Shown in pieces: positions 27,668-36,231 of a stretch of 43,245 bases of DNA (its first letter is position 1; the number at the start of each line of letters is the position of its first letter). A program made the translations under genes and the position numbers. The notes below the pieces were generated by a model. The model searched no databases. It saw only the letters and a list, made by a program, of their open reading frames with translations, and had not been told where the DNA came from. Source of the DNA: Comamonadaceae bacterium (GTDB taxonomy: Bacteria; Pseudomonadota; Gammaproteobacteria; Burkholderiales; Burkholderiaceae_C). The DNA is taken from NCBI GenBank assembly GCA_947374505.1, contig CANCCE010000001.1:1-43245 (forward strand), read 5' to 3'.

Positions 27668-28078
27668 ATGACGATGCGCCGGACCTTGGATACCAATATT
27701 TGCAGCTACGCGCTGCGACGCAGACCTGCCTCCATGGTCGAGCGTTTTGCCGGTCTCGACCGCGGACAGCTTTGGTTGTCTGCGATCGTGGCGGCAGAGC
27801 TGCGATTTGGGGCTGCCAAGCTGGCGTCTGTCAAGTTTTCGGCTGCTGTCGAAGCTTGGCTGGCCGGTTTTGACGTCCGTCCATGGCCGACAGAGGCCGC
27901 ACATCACTATGCCGTTATTCGTGCGGCTCTTGAGCGCAGTGGACAACCGATTGGCGGCATGGACCTGATGATTGCTGCGCATGCCATGGCGGAAGACTCA
28001 GTGCTGGTCACCAACAATGCGCGTGAATTTTTATGCGTACCCGGTTTGGCCGTTGAAGAGTGGGCTTTAGACGCATGA
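27668..28078 (+). CDS. vapC: VapC PIN-domain ribonuclease toxin
   Basis: LDTNICSY, SAIVAAELRFG, PIGGMDLMIAAHA, LVTNNAREF..VPGL. Confidence 0.94.
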   Translation: MTMRRTLDTNICSYALRRRPASMVERFAGLDRGQLWLSAIVAAELRFGAAKLASVKFSAAVEAWLAGFDVRPWPTEAAHHYAVIRAALERSGQPIGGMDLMIAAHAMAEDSVLVTNNAREFLCVPGLAVEEWALDA

Positions 28079-29007
28079 AGATCCTCCTGCTCGGCAAAAA
28101 CGGCCAAGTCGGCCAAGCGCTGCAGCGCACGCTGGCCCCTTTGGGTGAGCTGGTGGCGCTTGACCGGAATCAAGGCGGCGAAGGTCTTTGTGGCGACCTC
28201 GGTCAACCCGAAGCCCTGGCTGCGACGATCCGCCAACTGCGCCCCGACGTCATCGTCAACGCTGCCGCCTACACCGCTGTCGACAAAGCCGAGAGCGAGC
28301 CCGAGCAAGCCCGTCTTATCAATGCGAACGCCCCTGAAGTGCTGGCCCGCGAGGCTGAAGCCTTGGGTGCCTGGCTGATTCACTACAGCACCGACTACGT
28401 CTTCAACGGCAGCGGCAATGAGCCCTGGCAAGAAACAGATGCCACTGCGCCGCTCAATGTGTACGGTCAAACCAAGCTCGAAGGCGAGTTGCGTGTGCAG
28501 GCCGCTTGCACCCGACATTTGATTTTCAGGACCAGCTGGGTGTATGCCGCGCACGGCAGCAACTTCGCCAAGACCATGCTCAAGCTGGCCCAGGAGCGCG
28601 AGCGACTGACAGTGATCAACGACCAATGGGGTGCACCCACCGGCGCTGAGTTGATTGCCGGCGTGACTGCTACGGCAATTCAGAAGGTCTTTGAAAATAA
28701 AAGCCTGCAAACTTATCAAGATGCACTCGCCGGTCTCTACCACTTGGTCGCCGCCGGCGAAACCCACTGGCACGCCTACGCCAGTCACGTCATTCGCCAA
28801 GCCAAAATGCTGCGGCCCGACATGCCCTGGGCCGTGCAAGAGATCGTGCCCGTGCCGTCCACCGCCTTTGTCATCGCGGCCCAACGCCCGCATAATTCCC
28901 GTCTGAACACCGGCAAGCTACAAGCTGCGTTCGGCATCAGTCTGCCCGACTGGCAGCAAGGTGTTGACAGCATGTTGGCTGAAATTTTGACCCATAAAGA
29001 CATATGA
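28075..29007 (+). CDS. rfbD: dTDP-4-dehydrorhamnose reductase
   Basis: [42 protein letters not shown]. The ATG overlaps the vapC stop (ATGA). Confidence 0.97.
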   Translation: MKILLLGKNGQVGQALQRTLAPLGELVALDRNQGGEGLCGDLGQPEALAATIRQLRPDVIVNAAAYTAVDKAESEPEQARLINANAPEVLAREAEALGAWLIHYSTDYVFNGSGNEPWQETDATAPLNVYGQTKLEGELRVQAACTRHLIFRTSWVYAAHGSNFAKTMLKLAQERERLTVINDQWGAPTGAELIAGVTATAIQKVFENKSLQTYQDALAGLYHLVAAGETHWHAYASHVIRQAKMLRPDMPWAVQEIVPVPSTAFVIAAQRPHNSRLNTGKLQAAFGISLPDWQQGVDSMLAEILTHKDI

Positions 29008-29906
29008 CTCAACGCAAAGGCATCATCCTCGCTGGCGGTTCCGGCAGCCGGTTGCACCCGGCCACACTGGCCATGAGCAAGCAACTGCTGCCGGTCTACG
29101 ACAAGCCGATGATTTATTACCCGCTCAGCACCCTGATGCTGGGCGGTGTGCAAGACGTGCTGATCATCAGCACGCCGCAAGACACTCCGCGTTTTGAGCA
29201 ACTGCTGGGCGACGGCAGCCAGTGGGGCATGAACCTGCAGTACGCCGTACAGCCCAGCCCGGACGGTTTGGCACAAGCCTTCTTGATTGGTGAGAAGTTC
29301 CTGAACGGAGCCCCCAGCGCGCTGGTCCTGGGGGACAACATCTTTCATGGCCATGACTTCACGACCCTGCTCGCCGGTGCCAACGCGCAGACCGCAGGCG
29401 CCACTGTGTTTGCCTACCATGTGCAAGACCCTGAGCGCTACGGCGTGGTCGCCTTCAATGCCCAAGGCCAAGCCAGCAGCATTGAAGAAAAACCGCTCAA
29501 ACCCCAAAGCAACTACGCGGTGACGGGCCTGTATTTTTATGACAGCCAGGTGGTTGACATCGCCAAGGCTGTCAAGCCGAGTGCCCGCGGCGAGTTGGAG
29601 ATCACCGCTGTCAACCAAGCGTATCTGGATCAGGGCCAGCTCAACGTGCAGATCATGCAGCGCGGTTACGCCTGGCTAGACACCGGCACCCACGACAGCC
29701 TGCTCGATGCAGGCCAGTTCATCGCCACCCTGGAGCGCCGGCAGGGCCTGAAGATCGCCTGCCTCGAAGAAATCGCTTGGCGCAACGGCTTCATCACCGC
29801 CGAGCAATTCGAAAAGTTAGCCCAGCCTTTGTCTAAAAATGGCTACGGACAATACATGCTGCGCTTGTTGAAAGAAGATAAGCCTGTGATCGGCGGCTCC
29901 ATATGA
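29004..29906 (+). CDS. rfbA: Glucose-1-phosphate thymidylyltransferase
   Basis: [45 protein letters not shown]. Confidence 0.98.
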   Translation: MTQRKGIILAGGSGSRLHPATLAMSKQLLPVYDKPMIYYPLSTLMLGGVQDVLIISTPQDTPRFEQLLGDGSQWGMNLQYAVQPSPDGLAQAFLIGEKFLNGAPSALVLGDNIFHGHDFTTLLAGANAQTAGATVFAYHVQDPERYGVVAFNAQGQASSIEEKPLKPQSNYAVTGLYFYDSQVVDIAKAVKPSARGELEITAVNQAYLDQGQLNVQIMQRGYAWLDTGTHDSLLDAGQFIATLERRQGLKIACLEEIAWRNGFITAEQFEKLAQPLSKNGYGQYMLRLLKEDKPVIGGSI

Positions 29907-30448
29907 AAGCCACCCTCACAGCCATCCCCGGCGTGCTCATCATCGAACCCAAAGTGTTCGGCGACGCGCGCGGTTTCTTCTTTGAAAGCTTCAACCAAAA
30001 GGCCTTCAACGAAGCCACCGGTACTGACCACCAGTTCGTTCAAGACAACCATAGCCGTAGCGCCAAGGGTGTCTTGCGCGGTCTGCACTACCAAGTTAAC
30101 CAGCCGCAGGGCAAGTTGGTCCGCGTGGTGCGCGGCTCAGTATTTGACGTGGCCGTCGACATTCGACCCGAGTCATCGACGTTCGGCCAATGGGTTGGCG
30201 TTGAACTCACTGAAGACAACCACAAACAACTCTGGGTCCCGCCCGGTTTGGCGCATGGGTTTATGGTGCTGAGCGACAGTGCCGACTTTGTGTATAAAAC
30301 CACTGATTACTACGCGCCGGAGTTTGAGCGTTGTATTGCTTGGAATGATCGCGTCATTGGCATCAAATGGCCAATGGATATCGTGCCAAAACTCTCCGCC
30401 AAGGACACACAGGGTCAGTCTTTGGAACAGGCGCTTGCTCTTGCATAA
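29903..30448 (+). CDS. rfbC: dTDP-4-dehydrorhamnose 3,5-epimerase
   Basis: [38 protein letters not shown]. Confidence 0.98.
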   Translation: MKATLTAIPGVLIIEPKVFGDARGFFFESFNQKAFNEATGTDHQFVQDNHSRSAKGVLRGLHYQVNQPQGKLVRVVRGSVFDVAVDIRPESSTFGQWVGVELTEDNHKQLWVPPGLAHGFMVLSDSADFVYKTTDYYAPEFERCIAWNDRVIGIKWPMDIVPKLSAKDTQGQSLEQALALA

Positions 30449-30529
30449 CGCGCCTGAGTTGCTAGTCATGACGCATACCCAGATGAAGGGCAACCTGATC
30501 GACGGCCGTCACTGGTTTGAAGTTCTAGT

Positions 30530-31774
30530 TTGATGGCCATGATAAAAATGGTCGGAATTAGATTAAGTCGCCTTCAGGTGTGTGCGGGTTTTTCAATATT
30601 TTTAAATGCATTATTTTATATAATGTTGCTTTTAAAATATGGCGTAACAAGAGAGGCCGACAATTTCTTGTACTTAATGACGGCTTTGAGTTTTTTAATT
30701 ATATTCCCTCAGGTATTCTGGGGGGCTTTTTTGCCACATTATGTGAATGGGCGGCAGAGTGATAGATTTAATATAATTAAATTTATTTTAAAAGTTACAT
30801 TTATTTTTGGAATTATCAGTATAGCCGTCTTGAATGTGCTGCATTACTTATTTGATGTAGTAAATATATTTACAGCGTCAATATTCTGTTATCTGTTGGC
30901 GCTGCAGGCTTTAAATGAGGCGCTCAAAAAAATTAGTATAGCTGAGCAGAAAATAGAAAGTACGTACCTGGCAGATATTGTGAATTGGATGGTTGTATTG
31001 GTCGTACTTTATTTTGCATCAGGAAATTTTGATCCCTTGTATTCATTGTTGGTTGGGTGCGGTGCATCTATTTCATATATTATTTTTGTCATGCGCGAAG
31101 ATTTTGTAAGTTATTCGACGGCAGTCGGTGATCAATATCCTATTTTTATAAAAGAATCATTTGTATTAAAAACGGGTGCCTTCTTGTATCTTCTGAAAGA
31201 TACTTTTATTGCATCGATTTTAGTGGCTGGTGGCGTGGGGTTGTATGCGACCTATTCGTATGCCAGTAAGGCCGTTACGATGGTCTTCCTATCAATAGTG
31301 ACGCCATACATTGAACGGGAAGGAAACATGCCGGGTATTGAGAATAAGTATCCTGATGGTCGTCGTTTTATGCTTGAAGTTCTGAAAGGTGTTTCGCTGC
31401 CGTACATCTTAATACATGCAGCCATCATTTTATTTCTCGCTTTATCTTTGCATTTTAATTTTCATCTGTATTTTAATTTAAATTATGATCATGTCATTAT
31501 TTTTTATCTAATCCTGGTCCCTCTTTCTTTGGTCTATGTCTGTGAGCATTCATTGAATAAGTACAGTCAAGTCACTCGAAATTTTAGAGTATTGACTTAT
31601 GCGAATGCTATCTGTTTTGCCTCTTATTTTTGTATGTGGTTGATATCGCAGAAGTATGGATTCTATTGGTCATATTTGTTTGCCTTAATGTATGTGGTAC
31701 ACATGATCATAGTTTATGTGTACTTAAATAGGGGCGCGAGAGATGTAAAGAAAGAGTTGAAAGGTGTGATTTGA
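30530..31774 (+). CDS. Multi-pass membrane protein, probable Wzx/MOP-family flippase
   Basis: About 11-12 hydrophobic segments; MurJ/Wzx-like N-terminal YGV..EAD.F motif; very AT-rich; located in a polysaccharide locus. Start uncertain. Confidence 0.6.
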   Translation: MMAMIKMVGIRLSRLQVCAGFSIFLNALFYIMLLLKYGVTREADNFLYLMTALSFLIIFPQVFWGAFLPHYVNGRQSDRFNIIKFILKVTFIFGIISIAVLNVLHYLFDVVNIFTASIFCYLLALQALNEALKKISIAEQKIESTYLADIVNWMVVLVVLYFASGNFDPLYSLLVGCGASISYIIFVMREDFVSYSTAVGDQYPIFIKESFVLKTGAFLYLLKDTFIASILVAGGVGLYATYSYASKAVTMVFLSIVTPYIEREGNMPGIENKYPDGRRFMLEVLKGVSLPYILIHAAIILFLALSLHFNFHLYFNLNYDHVIIFYLILVPLSLVYVCEHSLNKYSQVTRNFRVLTYANAICFASYFCMWLISQKYGFYWSYLFALMYVVHMIIVYVYLNRGARDVKKELKGVI

Positions 31775-32805
31775 TGCCCTACTTGGAGTTGGATGATATT
31801 ATTTTTAACATTCAGAAATTTGGCGGTGTCACTACATACTGGCGGGAGTTGACATCTCGTTTGCCCACATTTGTTCCGGGTGAAATAATTCATAGCTCCG
31901 GAAATAAATTGATGAGGGTTTACTCTCCGAAATCTTCGGCTAAAGTCTTCCATTCAAGTCATTTTCGTGTGACCTCGAGTCGTGGTGTAAAAAATGTCAC
32001 TACTATTTACGACCTGATCTATGAAAAGAAGATGGCAGGCGGGCGCGGCCGACTATTGAATTTGTATGAGAGAAAAAAATCAGTGAAATATGCTGATGCC
32101 ATAGTGTGTATTTCTGAGTCGACGCGACGAGATTTCTATGAGTATTACGGGAATTTAATAGGATCAAAGCCGGTCCATGTGATCCATCTGGGTTGTAACT
32201 TTTCGCCTTTAAAGTCGTTAGGGCAAGAGTCTTTAGTTAGACGCTCCGATTTTTTAAAAATGAGGTTGAGTGAAGGTCAATTCTTTTTATACGTCGGCGG
32301 CCGATCGGGGTATAAAAATTTTGATTTATTGCTAAAAGCATTTGTCGCTGGAAATTTTTCCAGTCAAGGTTTTTCTCTTATTTGTACCGGTGCTCAATTT
32401 ACTGATCATGAGCTCGAACAGATTAATAATTTGAAGTTGGAAAAAGCGATTTTTTCGATTGGACTTATCGACGAAGCGACCCTTGGGGGGCTCTATAGTG
32501 TGGCCAGGGCCTTGGTTTATCCATCGATTTACGAGGGTTTTGGTCTGCCACCACTAGAGGCGATGGCCATGGGTTGCCCGGTTATTTGTGCCAACGCTTC
32601 TTCCCTCCCGGAAGTCGTGGGGACGAGCGGAATTCTGGTAGATCCGTATTCGGTCGAAGAACTTGCGGAGGCCATGAGTGCAGTGCTTTTAGAAAGCGTG
32701 AGAGCGAAATTTTCTAAAGCGGGTGTTGAGCGGGCCAAAGCGTTTGACTGGAATGAGTCAGCTTCACGACATGCCAAAGTGTATGAATCCTTAGCGCCGT
32801 TTTGA
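31774..32805 (+). CDS. Glycosyltransferase family 4 (GT-B)
   Basis: FGGVTTYW, TIYDLI, YVGGRSGYKNF, YPSIYEGFGLPPLEAMAMGCPV (EX7E motif). Confidence 0.92.
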   Translation: MPYLELDDIIFNIQKFGGVTTYWRELTSRLPTFVPGEIIHSSGNKLMRVYSPKSSAKVFHSSHFRVTSSRGVKNVTTIYDLIYEKKMAGGRGRLLNLYERKKSVKYADAIVCISESTRRDFYEYYGNLIGSKPVHVIHLGCNFSPLKSLGQESLVRRSDFLKMRLSEGQFFLYVGGRSGYKNFDLLLKAFVAGNFSSQGFSLICTGAQFTDHELEQINNLKLEKAIFSIGLIDEATLGGLYSVARALVYPSIYEGFGLPPLEAMAMGCPVICANASSLPEVVGTSGILVDPYSVEELAEAMSAVLLESVRAKFSKAGVERAKAFDWNESASRHAKVYESLAPF

Positions 32806-32824
32806 TTATTCATTGAGGATGTGT

Positions 32825-33973
32825 ATGAGTCTTATGGTTCTTGTGACAGGCGGGGCTGGATTTATCGGGCAAGGGCTGACGCGTGCGTTGTTGGGCCAGG
32901 GCGCCCGTGTTCGGGTGCTTGACAGTTTCAGTCCGCAGATCCACACGACGGAGGCTTTACCGGCGGATCTCGCGGCTCACGTTGAATTGATCAAAGCGGA
33001 TGTTCGCGACCGTGATGCGATGCGGCGGGCATTGACTGACGTCGACAGCGTTGTGCATTTAGCCGCGGAGACCGGCACAGGTCAATCAATGTATGAGATT
33101 GAGCGTTATTTCAGCGTCAATGTGCAAGGTACCGCCACGATGCTCGATTTACTTCAGAACGACGATTGTGGAAAATCTGTAGCTCGCGTTGTGGTCGCTT
33201 CGAGCCGTGCGGTTTATGGGGAGGGTGCTTACCGGTGCGCGGCGCACGGCATGGTCTTTCCTGAGCAACGTAGTCGTACGACCATGTCGCAAGGCCAGTT
33301 TGAACCCGTGTGTATGCATTGCGGGTCGACCCTGAGCTTATTGGCGACTCCGGAGCTGGCGCCTTTTCGTCCGATGTCGATGTACGGTTTGACCAAACAA
33401 GTGCAGGAGCAGGCGGTTTTGTTGTTTGCACAGACGCGGGGTATCAATGGCTTTGCTTTGCGATATCAAAATGTCTACGGACCAGGTCAGTCGCTTAAGA
33501 ACCCCTACACGGGCATCTTGGCCGTTTTCTCCAACTTGGCTCGTCAAAACCAAGCCATCGAAATTTATGAAGATGGTCTGGAATCCAGAGACTTTGTGTA
33601 TATCGATGATGTGGTTGAAGCCACAGTGCGAGGTGTCAACTATCAGGGGCAATTTGTCGGTGCTTTGAACGTCGGGTCCGGTGTGGCGACAAGTGTGTTG
33701 ACGGTGGCTCAAGAGATCAAAGCTTTTTTCGAGAGCGAGAGCACTATTGGCGTCACCGGAGCATTTCGAATGGGCGACATTCGACACAATATTGCCGATG
33801 TGACCCAGCTTGAGCGGGTGTTGGGCTTTGTGCCCGGCGTCCCTTTTCAGCAGGGCTTGGGAAAATTTTTGGGCTGGGCTGCGGAGCAGGCACCCGAAGA
33901 CAAAGCAGCTTATTGGCGTTCAGTGAATGAACTCGCCGGACGAGGTCTGATGGGCCGGGCAGCGACTCCATGA
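32825..33973 (+). CDS. NAD-dependent epimerase, WbiB-like (dTDP-L-rhamnose 4-epimerase)
   Basis: [51 protein letters not shown]. Start at ATG 32825 (GAGGA RBS). Confidence 0.82.
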   Translation: MSLMVLVTGGAGFIGQGLTRALLGQGARVRVLDSFSPQIHTTEALPADLAAHVELIKADVRDRDAMRRALTDVDSVVHLAAETGTGQSMYEIERYFSVNVQGTATMLDLLQNDDCGKSVARVVVASSRAVYGEGAYRCAAHGMVFPEQRSRTTMSQGQFEPVCMHCGSTLSLLATPELAPFRPMSMYGLTKQVQEQAVLLFAQTRGINGFALRYQNVYGPGQSLKNPYTGILAVFSNLARQNQAIEIYEDGLESRDFVYIDDVVEATVRGVNYQGQFVGALNVGSGVATSVLTVAQEIKAFFESESTIGVTGAFRMGDIRHNIADVTQLERVLGFVPGVPFQQGLGKFLGWAAEQAPEDKAAYWRSVNELAGRGLMGRAATP

Positions 33974-34566
33974 GCTTCGATGTCAAGATGACCAAGGCCG
34001 AAGACTTCCGTCTCTTGTCCTATTTGGCTTCAGATCTGAGACGATCACGGGTCTTGCTGCATGGGCCGTCAGACGGTATGTCTGGACTGCGTTTGTGGCT
34101 AGGCGCACTGTCCCCGAGGTTCATGCCTGTGCTGCTGTGCCGGCTTGCGCATGGCATGTATCGATGGAAATTGGCACCCTTGGCCAAGTTGGTGTCGATG
34201 TTGAATTTTTTCTTGTTCGGGATTGAAATTGCGGTGCGCTGCCCAATTGGCCGGGGTTTATTTTTGCCGCATACCCAGGGCACTGTGATCGGCGCCTGGT
34301 CTATTGGCGAGAACGTCACCATTTTTCAAGGCGTCACGCTCGGCGCCAAAGAGCTTGATTTTTCCTACCTCGAATCGTCCCGACCCATCGTCGAAGATGG
34401 CGTGACCATCGGCTCAGGTGCCAAGGTCTTAGGTGGGTTAACGTTGGGTGCTAGTGCACGTATCGGCGCCAACGCTGTCGTGCTGAATGACATCGCGCCG
34501 GGTGTGCTTGCCGTGGGCATTCCGGCAAAAGTGGTTGAGCGCAGAGATGCTAATCATGGAGCCTAA
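33970..34566 (+). CDS. Hexapeptide-repeat O-acetyltransferase (CysE-like)
   Basis: IGRGLFLPH, IGENVTIFQGVTLG, IGSGAKVLG, IGANAVV, VGIPAK. Confidence 0.9.
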   Translation: MSFDVKMTKAEDFRLLSYLASDLRRSRVLLHGPSDGMSGLRLWLGALSPRFMPVLLCRLAHGMYRWKLAPLAKLVSMLNFFLFGIEIAVRCPIGRGLFLPHTQGTVIGAWSIGENVTIFQGVTLGAKELDFSYLESSRPIVEDGVTIGSGAKVLGGLTLGASARIGANAVVLNDIAPGVLAVGIPAKVVERRDANHGA

Positions 34567-35620
34567 TCAGGGCCAAAACTCACTTCGTGGGCATGTCCTG
34601 CTGGTGTCCCCGAACACGTTTTCCTACCATCTCTCAATCGCGGAGACGCTGCGCTCAATGGGTTACGCGGTGACTTGGTGGGACGATCGTGCGAAGAGTT
34701 CGACTTGGTACAAACTAGCCATCCGTTTGTTCCCTTCCATCACAGTCCACTGGTCAGATCACTCGTACCTTGAGCGATTACGTCAGTTGAATCCGACATC
34801 AATAAGCCATGTTTTGGTGGTCAAAGGTGAGGGTCTCTCGAGACAGGTTGTGTCAGAGATGCGAAAGACTTTGACGAGCGCCAGCTTCGGACTTTATCTT
34901 TGGGATGGTGTCGCAAACGTCAAGGGTGTGTCAAATATCTTGCAGGCTTTTGATTCGGTTGCGACTTTCGATCCTGTGGATGCCAAAACCTTTGGTTGGA
35001 CTTTCAGGCCCTTATTTGGCCGTCATATCTCAGCGGTTAAAAAAACGCCGGAACCGGTTACTTTTGATTGGTGCTTCATCGGTACCGTTCACTCTGATCG
35101 TCATCTTGTCATTCATCGATTGAGGCAACGTTACGGCCAGCAGGCACGATGTTTTGTCTTTGCTTACTTTCCAAGTCCCTTGATGCTTTTTGTGCGTCGG
35201 CTGACGGACTGGACGCTGTGGCTTGCCCCCAAGGGCACACTGTCGACGCAAGCCATGCCGGCCGCAGAGGTGGCTCAGATCGTAGAAAGCGCCAGGTCCG
35301 TATTGGACGTTGAGCATCCGCGTCAGCGTGGTTTAACCATGCGAACGATTGAAACGTTGTTGGCTGAAAAGAAACTCATGACCACCAATCAATATATGTT
35401 GGAGAGCACACTTTTTGACCCGTCGCGAGTGGTTGTGATCAACCGGGCCAAGCCTGAAATTCCAGCCAACTTTCTCGATACGCCATTCGTTACCATTTCC
35501 GAGTCGCTCAAGAACTACTATTCATGCGAAGGATGGGCTGCAGAACTTCTTGCGCTTCAGGATGCTGCAAACAATAGCAGGGTGAAACTTGGATCGAAAA
35601 ATTCAACAGGCAGTGAATGA
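34556..35620 (+). CDS. Polysaccharide biosynthesis protein, putative GT-B glycosyltransferase (Eps11J-like)
   Basis: LYLWD, FDPVDA, FRPLF, FIGTVHSDR, LDVEHPRQRGLTMRTIETL...KKLMTTN, plus its position in the glycan locus. Confidence 0.65.
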   Translation: MEPNQGQNSLRGHVLLVSPNTFSYHLSIAETLRSMGYAVTWWDDRAKSSTWYKLAIRLFPSITVHWSDHSYLERLRQLNPTSISHVLVVKGEGLSRQVVSEMRKTLTSASFGLYLWDGVANVKGVSNILQAFDSVATFDPVDAKTFGWTFRPLFGRHISAVKKTPEPVTFDWCFIGTVHSDRHLVIHRLRQRYGQQARCFVFAYFPSPLMLFVRRLTDWTLWLAPKGTLSTQAMPAAEVAQIVESARSVLDVEHPRQRGLTMRTIETLLAEKKLMTTNQYMLESTLFDPSRVVVINRAKPEIPANFLDTPFVTISESLKNYYSCEGWAAELLALQDAANNSRVKLGSKNSTGSE

Positions 35621-36177
35621 AAAGACTATTTGATGTCCTGTTGGCCTTGGCTGCGGCTCTGATCTTGTTACTGCCCGTGCTGCTGGTGGCGATTGCCGTC
35701 CGCTTGACTTCTAAAGGGCCCGCCCTGTATTGGTCTGACCGGGTCGGCCGCAACAATGTGATTTTCAAAATGCCGAAGTTTCGGAGCATGCGTGTCGGCA
35801 CGCCGGCGGTGGCCACCCATCTGCTGACAGATGCGCAATCGCACCTGACGCCTATTGGGTCTTTTTTACGCAAAAGTAGCTTGGACGAATTACCGCAATT
35901 GTGGAGCATTCTGGCGGGGGAAATGAGCTTTGTGGGGCCGCGTCCGGCACTCTTTAATCAACATGACTTGATGGCTTTGCGCACAGAGTTTGGCGTGCAT
36001 ACCTTGTTGCCTGGGCTGACGGGTTGGGCGCAAGTCAATGGCCGCGATGAACTGCCCATACCCGAAAAGGTAAAACTCGATGTGGCCTACTTGCAGTGCC
36101 AATCACTGTGGTTTGACATATGCATTTTGTGGCTGACATTCGTCAAGGTGTTGAGGCGGGATGGGGTGTCACATTGA
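35617..36177 (+). CDS. Initiating phosphoglycosyltransferase (bacterial sugar transferase; WreU/WbgY-like)
   Basis: MKRLFD, KFRSMRVGTPAVATHLL, LRKSSLDELPQL, MSFVGPRP, PGLTGWAQVNGR. Confidence 0.93.
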   Translation: MKRLFDVLLALAAALILLLPVLLVAIAVRLTSKGPALYWSDRVGRNNVIFKMPKFRSMRVGTPAVATHLLTDAQSHLTPIGSFLRKSSLDELPQLWSILAGEMSFVGPRPALFNQHDLMALRTEFGVHTLLPGLTGWAQVNGRDELPIPEKVKLDVAYLQCQSLWFDICILWLTFVKVLRRDGVSH

Positions 36178-36231
36178 TTTCAAATCGTCTTGATGATCAA
36201 GACATAAGCAAGTAAAGCTAGTTTTCAAAAA

